This document shows, piece by piece, positions 39,047 through 49,121 of a DNA stretch of 64,000 nucleotides (the stretch's first letter is position 1; each line of letters opens with the position of its first letter). The position numbers were made by a program, and so were the translations under genes. The notes below the pieces were generated by a model. It was not told the DNA's origin, made no database searches, and was given only the letters and a program-made list of their open reading frames with translations. Location: NCBI GenBank assembly GCA_038998335.1, contig JAVZHQ010000001.1, forward strand, positions 738,038 through 802,037. Direction: 5' to 3'. This DNA is from Candidatus Aenigmatarchaeota archaeon. GTDB lineage: Archaea > Aenigmatarchaeota > Aenigmatarchaeia > CG10238-14 > SCSR01.

Positions 39047-39706
39047 TTATTTGAAAACATCTACGAACCTCACTTCCTCTAGCTTTACCCACTCTTTTAT
39101 AGTGTTTGCTATTCTTTCTTTTACCTCTCTTGTTAAGTTAAAGATTTTTTTAAACTCTATTTCTACGCTTTTTTCCTTTAAGTTCACTTCAAAATCTTCT
39201 TTTTCTATTCCAGTAAAGTAAAAAACTATTGATTCAACTTTTTCTTTTGTATCTTTAATTTCTCCAACTATTTCTATTTCATACTCTAAGGTTTTTCCTG
39301 CAAGGGGATGATTAAAATCAACTTTTACTCTTCCACCAGAAATGCTGACTATTCTTCCCCTAAAGCCAGCTATGTTTACTATTTCACCAACTTTCGGTTC
39401 TATTTTCTGTTCTTTAAAACTTGATAAAGGAATTGTTTGTACTAAAGCAGGGTTTCTTTCACCAAAAGCTTCTTCTGGTTTAATTTCTACTTTTCTCTTT
39501 TCTCCAACTTTCATTTCTTTTATAGCTTTATTCAAACCAGCTAAAATGAATTTGGCATCGACTATTATTGGGATTGGTTTGTACTTTATTTCTGGGTTAT
39601 AAATTCCCTCTTTCTTTGCCAAATCTTCTTTTGTTAAGTCGAATATTTCCCCTGTATCTTTAACTCTTCCTACATAATCTACGTAGACAAAATCTCCAGT
39701 GTTCAT
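39047..39706 (-). CDS. slyD: FKBP-type peptidyl-prolyl isomerase (SlyD-like)
   Basis: PEEAFGER, VDFNHPLAGKTL. Confidence 0.93.
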   Translation of the reverse strand: MNTGDFVYVDYVGRVKDTGEIFDLTKEDLAKKEGIYNPEIKYKPIPIIVDAKFILAGLNKAIKEMKVGEKRKVEIKPEEAFGERNPALVQTIPLSSFKEQKIEPKVGEIVNIAGFRGRIVSISGGRVKVDFNHPLAGKTLEYEIEIVGEIKDTKEKVESIVFYFTGIEKEDFEVNLKEKSVEIEFKKIFNLTREVKERIANTIKEWVKLEEVRFVDVFK

Positions 39707-39855
39707 TTTTTCACCTTCCCTTTACACAAAATACAAAACCTTTGGCCAGGAACTACACACAAGGGACAAACTTTTGCTTTGCAAACAGGGCAAGTGTAGA
39801 GTCCTGGCGAATACTTATTGCAAGCTTGGCAATAACCTCCTATTGCTATTTTCAT
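39703..39855 (-). CDS. 50-aa protein with four CxxC pairs (absent from ORF track)
   Basis: MKIAIGGYCQACNKYSPGLYTCPVCKAKVCPLCVVPGQRFCILCKGKVKK; AGGTG upstream; stop overlaps slyD start. Confidence 0.75.
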   Translation of the reverse strand: MKIAIGGYCQACNKYSPGLYTCPVCKAKVCPLCVVPGQRFCILCKGKVKK

Positions 39856-39898
39856 CACCTATAACATACAATAAGAGTTATATACTTAAGAATGTTGG

Positions 39899-40579
39899 TT
39901 ACTTAGCTACTAGTTCAGCTTTTTTAATCTCAAAAGTCCCAGAGTAATTTTTATAATTTATTTCAAAATTTTTGATCTCAATTCTTTTCTTGAAAAAAGG
40001 AGCATCTACAACACTTGTTTCTATTTCTCCTCCCTCACCAGCAGGGTTTATCTTATATTTTTCCATTAGTTCTTTCAGTTTTTTTATCATTTGAATGTCA
40101 ATTTCTTTTCCAAGAAAGCTTTCATCAAGAGGGAAGGCGAAGACTCCAGTAATTATTACTTTGAAATTGCTTTCAACAATTTCTTCCAAGAGTTTTACTT
40201 GATCTTCACCCCACAAAGGGTTTATGCACTTTAAATCAAGCTCTTTACAAACTTTTTCTATTCTGCTTTTTTGATAATTCGAAGCAATAGCTCCTGTTGC
40301 TACCCCTTCAATTTTAAACTTTTCCTTTGCTTTTATCAAGACTTTTTTCAAATCTTCCAACTCTTTTTCTTTTTCTCCTTTTGTTGTTTTTTGAATCAAA
40401 GGCAGGCCTATAGCTTTTGCTTGAAGTTTTGTGAGTTTAATATTTGGAACATGAAACATGTAGCTTTCCTTATTTTTTGAAATTAGAGTAATTAGACAAA
40501 CTACATCATGCTTTCCTAAAACTCTTTTTAAAGCTAAGCACGAATCCTTGCCGCCTGTGAATAAAATTCCAACTCTCAT
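39899..40579 (-). CDS. dph6: Diphthine--ammonia ligase family (Dph6) PP-loop ATPase
   Basis: TGGKDS, SYMFH, GEGGEIET. Confidence 0.9.
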   Translation of the reverse strand: MRVGILFTGGKDSCLALKRVLGKHDVVCLITLISKNKESYMFHVPNIKLTKLQAKAIGLPLIQKTTKGEKEKELEDLKKVLIKAKEKFKIEGVATGAIASNYQKSRIEKVCKELDLKCINPLWGEDQVKLLEEIVESNFKVIITGVFAFPLDESFLGKEIDIQMIKKLKELMEKYKINPAGEGGEIETSVVDAPFFKKRIEIKNFEINYKNYSGTFEIKKAELVAK

Positions 40580-40666
40580 GATATCTCTTTCGAACTTTTT
40601 AATATTAAAAAGTAAATAAAAGCTCTTTACTTAACCTTTAAATAAGTTTAGAGCTTAAGGTTAATT

Positions 40667-41233
40667 ATGCCAAAGAGGAAGCCTGAAACGGCTGCAAAAA
40701 TGACTACATCAAAAATCATCGCTCTCTCTGCAGTAACATCAGCAATAACTGGCTTGGGCTTTCTTCTGACAGCGCCAATACCTTTAATTCCAGGTGCAAT
40801 ACACTGGCGAGTTCTGGCTTTCTTGCCTTGCGTGTTTGGTATCCTCTTCGGAGCTAAGATTGGTTTTATCTCGGGCGCACTAGGAAATACTCTTTGGGCA
40901 TTACTAGGAGGCTACTTTAACCTAGCAACTCCAATCTTTGATTTGATAGGGGTTGGTCTAACTGGCTATATACCAGGAAAGTTTGTCAAACCTGAGGAGT
41001 GTAGAAAGACAAAAGGTTTAGGAAAAGCAGCTTTTGTTTCTTTGATTGCAGGAATTGTAATGGTACCTATAGTTGCAATTGGTTTTGAGTTAGTAGGAGT
41101 AGCACCTTTCGGTCCTGCTGTCTACATGCTGGCTTTAAGTGATTTGCCACCTATTCTAATAGGCACACCTATAGTTTTGGCGGCAGTAGTTCCAGCTTTA
41201 CAAGCAAGAGGTTTACTTAAAGAGCGATGGTAA
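40667..41233 (+). CDS. ECF transporter S component
   Basis: 188-aa hydrophobic protein, FG...GF..GALG pattern, first gene of ECF operon. Confidence 0.8.
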   Translation: MPKRKPETAAKMTTSKIIALSAVTSAITGLGFLLTAPIPLIPGAIHWRVLAFLPCVFGILFGAKIGFISGALGNTLWALLGGYFNLATPIFDLIGVGLTGYIPGKFVKPEECRKTKGLGKAAFVSLIAGIVMVPIVAIGFELVGVAPFGPAVYMLALSDLPPILIGTPIVLAAVVPALQARGLLKERW

Positions 41234-41243
41234 ATTTTAAGAG

Positions 41244-42101
41244 ATGGTGGAAGAAATGGAGAAAATTTTAGTGAAAAATCTAAACTTTAAATATGATAAT
41301 TCTGGTTTTTGTTTAAAAAATATTAACTTAAGGATAAAAGAAGGCGAGTTTGTTTTGCTCACAGGTCCTAGTGCTTCTGGAAAATCAACTTTAGCCTATT
41401 GTTTAAGCGGCATAATACCTCATTGTATAAAGAACGGGAAGATGAAGGGAAATGTTTGGGTTAACGGAAAAAACACGAAAGAGGAAAAACTTAGTGAATT
41501 AGCAAGAAAAGTGGGAATGGTATTTCAAAACCCAGAGTCGCAAATTTTTGGTATGACTGTCGAAGAAGATATAGCTTTTGGTTTAGAAAATTTAAATTTC
41601 CCAAGAGAAGAGATAAGAAAAAGAATAAATAAAATTTTGAAATTCTTAGAACTGAAAAAATTTAAAGATAAACCACCTGAGTGCCTTTCTGGTGGGCAAA
41701 AGCAAAGGCTTGTTATCGGTTCTGTATTAGTCATGGAACCAGAAGTACTGATCTTAGACGAACCTGTTTCAAACTTAGATCCTGAAGGAACACGCATGGT
41801 TTTTTCCACGCTTATTTCTTTAAAACAACAGAAAAAAACAATAATCTTGATAGAAAGGAAAATTGAAGGAATACTTCCTTTCGTTGATAGAATAATAGCT
41901 TTAAAAGAAGGAAAAATTGTTTCCGATTCAAGTCCTAGAAAATTTTTCCAGAATGTAAAGCTAGTAAATAGCTTAGGTATACAACCGCCTCAAGTAGTTC
42001 GTCTCTTTTACAAGCTTAAGGAGAGAGGCTTTAAGCTAGGCCGTTTGCCCTTGACAGTAGAAGAACTTGTAGATGGTATTCATGCTAGCTGTAAGAGTTA
42101 A
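41244..42101 (+). CDS. ecfA: ECF transporter ATPase
   Basis: GPSASGKS, FQNPE, LSGGQKQR, LDEP. Confidence 0.93.
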   Translation: MVEEMEKILVKNLNFKYDNSGFCLKNINLRIKEGEFVLLTGPSASGKSTLAYCLSGIIPHCIKNGKMKGNVWVNGKNTKEEKLSELARKVGMVFQNPESQIFGMTVEEDIAFGLENLNFPREEIRKRINKILKFLELKKFKDKPPECLSGGQKQRLVIGSVLVMEPEVLILDEPVSNLDPEGTRMVFSTLISLKQQKKTIILIERKIEGILPFVDRIIALKEGKIVSDSSPRKFFQNVKLVNSLGIQPPQVVRLFYKLKERGFKLGRLPLTVEELVDGIHASCKS

Positions 42102-42873
42102 GAATCTATGGTTTAGTTATGGAGAAGAATGGGTAATAAAAGGAGTAAACTTAAAAATCAAACAAGGAGAGTTGGTTTCAATAATAGGACCAAACGGCTG
42201 TGGTAAAACAACTCTTGTAAAACATTTTAATGGTTTGCTTAAACCAACAAAAGGAAAAGTTTTTGTGAAAGGGATAGATACAACTCAAGCAACTACGGCA
42301 GAGCTTGCAAGAATCGTTGGTTATGTATTTCAGAACCCGAACAATCAAATTTTTTTAAACACAATATTTGATGAAGTAGCTTTTGGACCAAGGAATCTAG
42401 GTCTGCAAGATGTAGAAGAATTGGTTTTTTGGAGTTTGAAAAAATTAGGTTTGTTTAAAGACACAAATAAGCCTCCTTTTTTGCTTAGTATGGGGGAAAA
42501 GGAAAGACTAGCGATAGCATCTTTGCTAGCCATGAAACCAGAAATCTTAATTCTTGATGAACCAACAACAGGACAAGATAGCAATACTTGTTTAAAAATA
42601 GTTGAATTGATGAAAGAGCTTAAGGAAGAAGGAAAAACTATAATTCTTATATCGCATGACATGGAGATTGTAGCAGAGCATTCTGACAAAGTTATTGCTA
42701 TGAAAAAGGGAAAAATAGTCAAAGAAGGAAAACCGGAAAAAATATTTTCAAACTTTAAACTTCTTGAAGAGCTTTCACTTTATCCACCTCAGTTGTTCAG
42801 AGTTGGAAAAATGTTAGGGCTTAGAAAAATTCCTAGGTCGATAGAAGAGTTTGCAAGAGAGTTGAGAATATGA
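42082..42873 (+). CDS. ecfA: ECF transporter ATPase (second)
   Basis: GPNGCGKT, FQNP, LSMGE, DEPTTGQD. Confidence 0.93.
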   Translation: MLAVRVKNLWFSYGEEWVIKGVNLKIKQGELVSIIGPNGCGKTTLVKHFNGLLKPTKGKVFVKGIDTTQATTAELARIVGYVFQNPNNQIFLNTIFDEVAFGPRNLGLQDVEELVFWSLKKLGLFKDTNKPPFLLSMGEKERLAIASLLAMKPEILILDEPTTGQDSNTCLKIVELMKELKEEGKTIILISHDMEIVAEHSDKVIAMKKGKIVKEGKPEKIFSNFKLLEELSLYPPQLFRVGKMLGLRKIPRSIEEFARELRI

Positions 42874-43670
42874 GGTTTGTAAGTTATATAAAGAAAAATT
42901 CTCTTTTTCATAAGCTAGACCCAAGAGCAAAACTATTTCTTTGTTTGGTTTTAATTTTGTTAAGTTTTCTTTTTAATCATCCCTTATTCTTGTTTTCTCT
43001 TTTTTTGGTTGTTGTATGTTTGAGTTCTTTGGCTAAAATCCAAAAAGAGTTTTTGTTTAGAATAAAACTTCTCACGCCACTTGTTATAATGGCTTTTTTC
43101 TTGTGGGCTTTTTTCTACAGATGGAGTTTATTTAAGCATTCAACCGGCGAAGTTATTTTTGAAATAGGTCCACTTCAATTAGATTACACAGGTTTAATGT
43201 ATGGCTTAGCCATGCCCTTCAGAATCATGGTAATGATAGGCGTTCCTCTCCTTTTTCTTATGACAACTACTCTCAACGAGTTAGTCTTATCTTTAGTAAA
43301 GTTAAGATTTCCCTATAAGTTTGCGTTTACTTTTGGTCTTTCTGCAAGACTAATTCCAACTCTTGGTAACGAATTCTTAACTCTAAAAGAGGCTCAAGCT
43401 TCTAGAGGTCTGGAGTTAGACAAAGGAAATTTGTTCAAGAGAATTAAATCATACATACCAGTTCTTATTCCGTTGACTTTAAAAGCTTTAGAATTTTCTG
43501 ACCAAATGAGCATGGCCATGGAAACGAAAGCTTTTGGAGCAAGCAAGGAAAGAGTATTTTATAGAGAGATAAAGATGAAAAAAGTAGATTACTTGATCAT
43601 TGCAATTTCTTTACTTTCTCTTTTTGCAGGAGTTTTGATGAGGTTTATGAGAATAGGTGTAATAGAGTGA
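42870..43670 (+). CDS. ecfT: ECF transporter T component
   Basis: LDPRAK, AQASRG, AMETKAF. Confidence 0.93.
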   Translation: MRFVSYIKKNSLFHKLDPRAKLFLCLVLILLSFLFNHPLFLFSLFLVVVCLSSLAKIQKEFLFRIKLLTPLVIMAFFLWAFFYRWSLFKHSTGEVIFEIGPLQLDYTGLMYGLAMPFRIMVMIGVPLLFLMTTTLNELVLSLVKLRFPYKFAFTFGLSARLIPTLGNEFLTLKEAQASRGLELDKGNLFKRIKSYIPVLIPLTLKALEFSDQMSMAMETKAFGASKERVFYREIKMKKVDYLIIAISLLSLFAGVLMRFMRIGVIE

Positions 43671-44296
43671 GCTTTGAAGAAAGAGTGAAAATTTATAAAA
43701 ATCAAAACTCTTACAAAATTAAAATTTGTGGTTTAGAAAGAGAACTACCTATCCGTCAAGTAGAAAAAGGTTTATGGGTAGCTTCAAATCACAGGTTAGT
43801 TCTTGGTAGAGATTTAGCTTTCACAAAAACTGTTGGGAAAGAGTTAGCTTTCAGAATTAAACCTTATGAGCCAGAATGTTTGCTTACAGCTGAATCCAAA
43901 TCTTTACCTTTAGTTTATGAAGTTGCTAGGAAGCTTGAAGTCGAAATGTGTGTTTGTAGGAAAGAAGAAAAAGCTTACATGGGGGAGAAGTACCTCGAAA
44001 TAAATATAAAATCTATAACAACTGGAAAGCCACAAAGATTAATTTTAGAGGACGATGAGGCAAAAAGGTTAAAAAATAAAAGAGTTTGTTTAATTGACGA
44101 TGTTGTTTCAACTTACGGAACGATGCAAGGTCTAGAAAAAATCGCTTTAAAAGCAGAAGGTAAAGTTGTTTGTAAAGCTTGTGTATGGTTGGAAGGTCCT
44201 TGGTATCGTGGCGAAGATTTAATTTACTTAGGAATTTTACCGATCTTTGTTTTAGAAGAAGAATACAAAAGAATGAAAAAATTGTATTGTAGTTAA
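43667..44296 (+). CDS. Type I phosphoribosyltransferase (adenine/purine PRT-like)
   Basis: TAESKS, RK, SITT and PRPP loop LIDDVVSTYGT. Confidence 0.88.
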   Translation: MSFEERVKIYKNQNSYKIKICGLERELPIRQVEKGLWVASNHRLVLGRDLAFTKTVGKELAFRIKPYEPECLLTAESKSLPLVYEVARKLEVEMCVCRKEEKAYMGEKYLEINIKSITTGKPQRLILEDDEAKRLKNKRVCLIDDVVSTYGTMQGLEKIALKAEGKVVCKACVWLEGPWYRGEDLIYLGILPIFVLEEEYKRMKKLYCS

Positions 44297-44401
44297 GCTG
44301 TTTGAGCATTCCTTTGAAAATTCTGACTTATAATTTTTATAACCTCTTATATTTTAATGTAAGATTAAGTTTTATCCTAATATATATTGGTGAGTTGGAA
44401 A

Positions 44402-45400
44402 ATGAGAATTGAGGATAAGCTTTATGGTAGTTTAAGGGTAGACGATCCATTAATACCCGAGCTTTTAAATTCAAAACCTCTTCAAAGACTTAAAAGAATA
44501 ACTCAAGCTGGTTATGTTATTTTTCTCGATTCTACTCATCCTTACGCAAAATTCAAAGTTACAAGGTATGAACATTCGATAGGTGTCTATGCTTTATTAA
44601 AGAAAATTGGTGCCTCAAAGTTAGAGCAAGTAGCTGGTTTATTACATGATATTTCTGTTCCAGTTTTCGCTCATTGTATCGATTTTCTTTATGGTAAGGA
44701 ATTGGAACAGGATTTTCATGAAAGTTTTCATGAAAAAATCCTGCTAAGTTCGGAAATTCCTTCCATTCTAAAGAAATATAAAATGAGCCCTGAGGAAATT
44801 TTAGAGAGAAGATTTACTTTATTAGATAACGAACTACCCGATATTTGTGCAGATCGCATAGACTATTCTCTAAGAGATGCTGTTTGTTGCTTAGGTTTAA
44901 AAAAAAGTACAGCTAGAAGCATAGTTGATTCACTTACAATTAATAAGGGTGAAATAATCTTCTCAAATTTAGAAGCTGCTAAGCAATTTGGCGAAGTTTT
45001 CTTAGAAATGGGAGAGCTTTATTGCAATCCCCTTCAAGCAACGCTTTTTAAACTAGTTTCAGAAATAGTAAGATTAGGTTTAGAGGCTAACATTCTTAAA
45101 GAAGAAGACTTGTTTTTGGAGGAGCCGGTAGTATACAATAAACTTGTTAAGGCAAACGATAGGAGAATTAACAACTTACTTAAAGTTATTTCAAACCTAA
45201 AGGTGGTAGAAGACCCGAAAGATTATGACTTCTACTTAAAATCAAAAGTGAGATATGTAGACCCGAAGGTCTTATTTGGAAAAGGAACCAAAAGGGTTTC
45301 TGAGCTTGATGATAAATTCAAGCAGAAAATAAGAGATTTTATTAACGTAAAGAGTAAGGGGTTTTACGTTAAGATTTGCACGAGTAAAGAGGCTTTCTAA
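44402..45400 (+). CDS. HD domain phosphohydrolase (dNTPase-like)
   Basis: QRLKRITQ, TRYEHSIG, LLHD, ADRIDY. Confidence 0.88.
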   Translation: MRIEDKLYGSLRVDDPLIPELLNSKPLQRLKRITQAGYVIFLDSTHPYAKFKVTRYEHSIGVYALLKKIGASKLEQVAGLLHDISVPVFAHCIDFLYGKELEQDFHESFHEKILLSSEIPSILKKYKMSPEEILERRFTLLDNELPDICADRIDYSLRDAVCCLGLKKSTARSIVDSLTINKGEIIFSNLEAAKQFGEVFLEMGELYCNPLQATLFKLVSEIVRLGLEANILKEEDLFLEEPVVYNKLVKANDRRINNLLKVISNLKVVEDPKDYDFYLKSKVRYVDPKVLFGKGTKRVSELDDKFKQKIRDFINVKSKGFYVKICTSKEAF

Positions 45401-45434
45401 GATTTATTGCCAAACTATTTAAAAGCCTTCCTTA

Positions 45435-46162
45435 TTATATTCTAATTTCTTTTTTCAACCAATCTATTTTTTTCTTTTTGTGTTTCCAAAACAAATCTGT
45501 AAAAATGTAGTGAAAAGCCAAACTCTTCCATTTCCCGTATCTTTTTTCAAATAAATCAATTATTTTTTTGTACAGGAACTAACTTCTTACTAAATAAAAT
45601 TTTGGAAAGAATTTTCTGTCCCCACAATCTTCCTTTTAAATCAAACGTATCATATCTTTTCAAATACTCGCTTAAAATTATTTGAGTGGTCCTGCACCAT
45701 ATAGTTTCATTAGCTTTTCTTTAGCTTCTTCTGTTGTCATTTTTCTCAGTTCAAATTCATTTATCTTCCCCTTTGGCAAAACTATCAGAAATTCTTTCAA
45801 TCTTTTCAATGGCAATTTAAGGAACTTATCCGACTTGAATTTATTACAAAATTCAGAAATATCTTCATCTAGACCATACCTCCAATTGAGCTCTTTAATA
45901 ATACTTTCCAAATCATCTTTTACTAGTTTTTCTTGTGAGTAGATAGATAGTTTAATTTTCGGTTTGCTTATAGTTCCTTTATTTTTCATTTTATGCCTAG
46001 AAGTCCTTTAAAGTTCATGGGTTGCCAATAAACTCCTTCCTGTCATTCAAAATCTGGAACGGGAAAATGATGTGGCACGTATACCGTACCGTCAAAATTA
46101 AATGGTGGTTTAGGAAAAATAGTAGTTACAAATTTCAAGTTCAAATCAATTGTTCTAACCAT
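45435..46162 (-). pseudogene. Disrupted HhH-type DNA glycosylase-like gene
   Basis: MVRTIDL...PFNFDGTV..PHHFP, in-frame TGA at 46043-46045, frameshifts, LMKLYGAGP HhH-like motif, C-terminal YGKWKSLAFHYIF. Confidence 0.7.
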
Positions 46163-46261
46163 ACTTTTACTTTAAACTTGTAAAAATTAAGTAATTACTC
46201 TTTTTTAAATCAAGGTCAATTTAAAGTGAAAAATTTAACTCTATCTTTTTTAAAAAATTTT

Positions 46262-46906
46262 ATGAAAAGAATCAATACTTTGATTTTTGACGTAAGTGGA
46301 GTTTTGATCGACGATCTTTACGCGGTATGGCTTGCTGATAAAGATGCTCTTTCTTTTTATGGTTATAACTACTTACCGATCGAAGAGTTTAAACAAAAGT
46401 TTAAGTTGCCAATTGCTGAATATTATAGATCGATTGGAATACCTAAGGAAGCTATAGAGAAAGTAGATAGAAAATGGTATGAGTTTTATTCACATTATCA
46501 GCATTTAGTAAGAGTTTTTCCCGAAGTTAAAGATGTGTTATCTCAGCTTAAAACCAAAGGCCTAAGATTAGGTATTTCTTCAAACACGCCGAATAAATTC
46601 TTAAAAAAACATTTACACAGATTTAAAATGTTACTCTATTTTGATGCAATTGTAGGGAGAGAGGATTGCGACGAAGAAAAACCATCTCCAAAACCAATTT
46701 TAGTAGCGCTATCAAAGTTAAATGCAAATCCAAAAACTTCAGCTTATGTTGGAGATATGGAAGAAGATATGATTGCTGGAAAAAAAGCTGGTGTATACAC
46801 TATAGCTGTAGATAGAAAAGAAGCATATCAACCAATTTGGAAATTGAAATTGCATAACCCAGATTACATTATTACCAACCTAAATGACCTGTTGAATATT
46901 ATTTAA
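46262..46906 (+). CDS. HAD family hydrolase (phosphoglycolate phosphatase-like)
   Basis: FDVSGVL, SS, KPSP, VGDMEED. Confidence 0.9.
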   Translation: MKRINTLIFDVSGVLIDDLYAVWLADKDALSFYGYNYLPIEEFKQKFKLPIAEYYRSIGIPKEAIEKVDRKWYEFYSHYQHLVRVFPEVKDVLSQLKTKGLRLGISSNTPNKFLKKHLHRFKMLLYFDAIVGREDCDEEKPSPKPILVALSKLNANPKTSAYVGDMEEDMIAGKKAGVYTIAVDRKEAYQPIWKLKLHNPDYIITNLNDLLNII

Positions 46907-47150
46907 ATTATTCTTTTATTTTGGGTTTGAAGCAATCTTTGAGATTTTTCATTATCAAATTTTCAACTTCTTGTCCTTTCAACTGTTAGACAAAAATTTA
47001 TTATGAAATTTTCTTATCTTAAAAGTAATCCGTAAGCAAAATTAGTTCAGAGATTTTGAAATCTTTCACAATAGTTATGAATATCCACTTTCATATTCTG
47101 CACTCAGCTTTCCAATTTCTTTAAGACTGGTGCACTCCGTTAGAAGAACG

Positions 47151-47270
47151 TGCAGGGGCTGGGATTTGAACCCAGGAAGGCACTAAGCCACAGGATTTCC
47201 TATCATCTTGAAATCTAAACTTAAGGCAAGCTTAAGTCCTGCGCCTTTGACCAGACTTGGCTACCCCTGC
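47151..47270 (-). tRNA. tRNA-Leu(TAA) with 34-nt intron at 37/38
   Basis: GCAGGGG/CCCCTGC acceptor, CAGGA-CT TAA G|intron 47197-47230|A-TCCTG, long variable arm. Confidence 0.92.
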
Positions 47271-47317
47271 CTACTTTAAAATATAGTTTGAAATAAAAAG
47301 TTTTTTACTTTTTAGTA

Positions 47318-47333
47318 TGTTAGACGTCTAACA
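47318..47333. repeat. 16-bp perfect palindrome TGTTAGACGTCTAACA (copy 1)
   Basis: Intergenic; recurs at 58406 and 60198. Confidence 0.85.
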
Positions 47334-47413
47334 AAAGCAAAATCAATTACAGGTTTTAAATTTAAATACCATCAAGATTGTTGTATAAAAATGTAAGACT
47401 TTAAGAGTAAACT

Positions 47414-48211
47414 TTACTTGATTTTCTTTAATTCTTTTCCAAATTCCTTTATCTTTTTACTTAAAGCTTCTATCGCTTCAAAAACTATTTCCTCAGCAGT
47501 TAAGCCAGAGGTTGTTTCCACGTTAAAGACAAAAGTATCTTCCAAAGCCTCAACTTTTATTGCTTCTTCAGGACAAACTTCAAGACATTGCAAACATAAA
47601 TTACAAGATTTTTCATCAGTTACTATTATCTTCCCATTCTCAACTTTTAAAATTTTTCTTACACATTTTGCTACACATTTAGCACATTTTTCCCCTTTAC
47701 ATTTTCTTGTGTCTATAGAAATAGCAGGCATATTCTTATAACTAGCTACAGAGGCTTGCCATTTTGCATGCTCTTTTCCAAAACCAAGCTGAGCTGTTGC
47801 TTCAAATTCCAATTCTTCATTTTCAAAAAGTTCAATTATGGGAATATTGTCAAAAACAGGATAAACATCTTTATTCTTTGATTTTAAATCACCAGAATAA
47901 ACCATGCAAGGACCTTTCTTCTTAAGAACAAACTTTACTTGACATCTGCTACATCCTTTCCCTTCACACTTGCATTCACTTGGTAGTTCATAGATATTAC
48001 TTTCAAACTTCAAAGGAATTTGTCCAAGTCTGTTCGCTATTATTTCGTCTTGTAAAGATGAACTATTCTTAAGAAAATCAACGAACTCTATAGCCATTGT
48101 TGGTATTTCCATCATCATAACTCTTCTCAAAGAATTTGCAAAGCCTGGAGTTATACCGCTTATAACAAAACTAATCTCAGGCTCACTTTTCTTTAAAATT
48201 TTTACTTCCAT
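47414..48211 (-). CDS. rpoD: RNA polymerase subunit D (Rpo3) with ferredoxin-like insert
   Basis: ANSLRR, RLGQIPL, GKEHAKW, CxxCxxCxxxCP. Confidence 0.96.
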   Translation of the reverse strand: MEVKILKKSEPEISFVISGITPGFANSLRRVMMMEIPTMAIEFVDFLKNSSSLQDEIIANRLGQIPLKFESNIYELPSECKCEGKGCSRCQVKFVLKKKGPCMVYSGDLKSKNKDVYPVFDNIPIIELFENEELEFEATAQLGFGKEHAKWQASVASYKNMPAISIDTRKCKGEKCAKCVAKCVRKILKVENGKIIVTDEKSCNLCLQCLEVCPEEAIKVEALEDTFVFNVETTSGLTAEEIVFEAIEALSKKIKEFGKELKKIK

Positions 48212-48260
48212 CAAACCACTATAACTCTACTTTTTTCTTTCCAACTATTTAATTTTTCGC

Positions 48261-48662
48261 TTAAACCCTTCTTCCCCTTCTTCCACCTTTTGCACGCATT
48301 CTTCCATGGATTATAGGAGTCACATCTTCTATCATTCCAATTTTTAAACCAGCTCTTGCCAAAGCTCTTATAGCAGGTTGGGCTCCTGGTCCTGGAGACT
48401 TGCTTTTTGTCCCTCCGGCTGCTCTTACTCTTATATGCACACCAGTAATTCCTTTAGCTAAAGCTTCTTCTGCAGCTTTTTTTGCTGCAAGCATCGCAGG
48501 AAAAGGCATTCCTTCCTCTCTGTCTTTGTCTGTCATCATACCACCAGAATACCTTGCTATGGTTTCTGAACCAGTAATATCAGTAATATGAACTATTGTG
48601 TTGTTAGTTGTGCTATAAATATGAGCTATTCCCCATCTTTCCTTTTTTTCTTTTTCTTCCAT
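48261..48662 (-). CDS. rps11: 30S ribosomal protein uS11
   Basis: [22 protein letters not shown]. Confidence 0.98.
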   Translation of the reverse strand: MEEKEKKERWGIAHIYSTTNNTIVHITDITGSETIARYSGGMMTDKDREEGMPFPAMLAAKKAAEEALAKGITGVHIRVRAAGGTKSKSPGPGAQPAIRALARAGLKIGMIEDVTPIIHGRMRAKGGRRGRRV

Positions 48663-49117
48663 CACTTCACCTTTACTTCTATCTTCTCTTCTTCCCCCCT
48701 TCTAACAATATAACTTGGATAAAGAACTTTTCTTCCGTTTACAAACACATGTCCATGAACTATTAATTGTCTAGCATGTTTAATGGTATTTGCTAAACCT
48801 TTTCTAAAAATAACAGTTTGAAGTCTTCTCTCTAAAATGTTCTCAACAGTTAAGCTCAAAACATCATCTAAACTTGCCTTTTCATCTAACAAACCAAGTG
48901 AGTTCAACTTTTTAATCAATTCCTTTTCTTTTTCCTTATCTTTTTTTGCAGCCAAATCCCTTGCTATTCTTCTGTATTTTCTTAATATAGCTTCTGCTCT
49001 CCATAATTCTTTTTTCCTTTTTAAGCCATAATCCTTCATCATCTTCTTTTCCTTTTCAATTCTTTCTTTATCCCAAGGTCTTCTTGGAACTTCATACTTC
49101 TTTCTCTGCCTTTTCAT
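48662..49117 (-). CDS. rps4: 30S ribosomal protein uS4
   Basis: [24 protein letters not shown]. Confidence 0.97.
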   Translation of the reverse strand: MKRQRKKYEVPRRPWDKERIEKEKKMMKDYGLKRKKELWRAEAILRKYRRIARDLAAKKDKEKEKELIKKLNSLGLLDEKASLDDVLSLTVENILERRLQTVIFRKGLANTIKHARQLIVHGHVFVNGRKVLYPSYIVRRGEEEKIEVKVK

Positions 49118-49121
49118 TTAA

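Noticed and set aside
46043-46045. In-frame TGA as recoding or an alternative genetic code
   Set aside because: The same gene has frameshifts, and TGA ends many intact genes here
25851-47176. Shared GCTGGGATTTGAACCCAGG in tRNA-Pro and tRNA-Leu as att sites of a 21-kb island
   Set aside because: This is the ordinary T-arm consensus of two complete tRNAs, and the interval holds core genes
47414-48211. Cys-rich insert in RpoD as a novelty
   Set aside because: Fe-S ferredoxin-like domains in archaeal Rpo3 are well known
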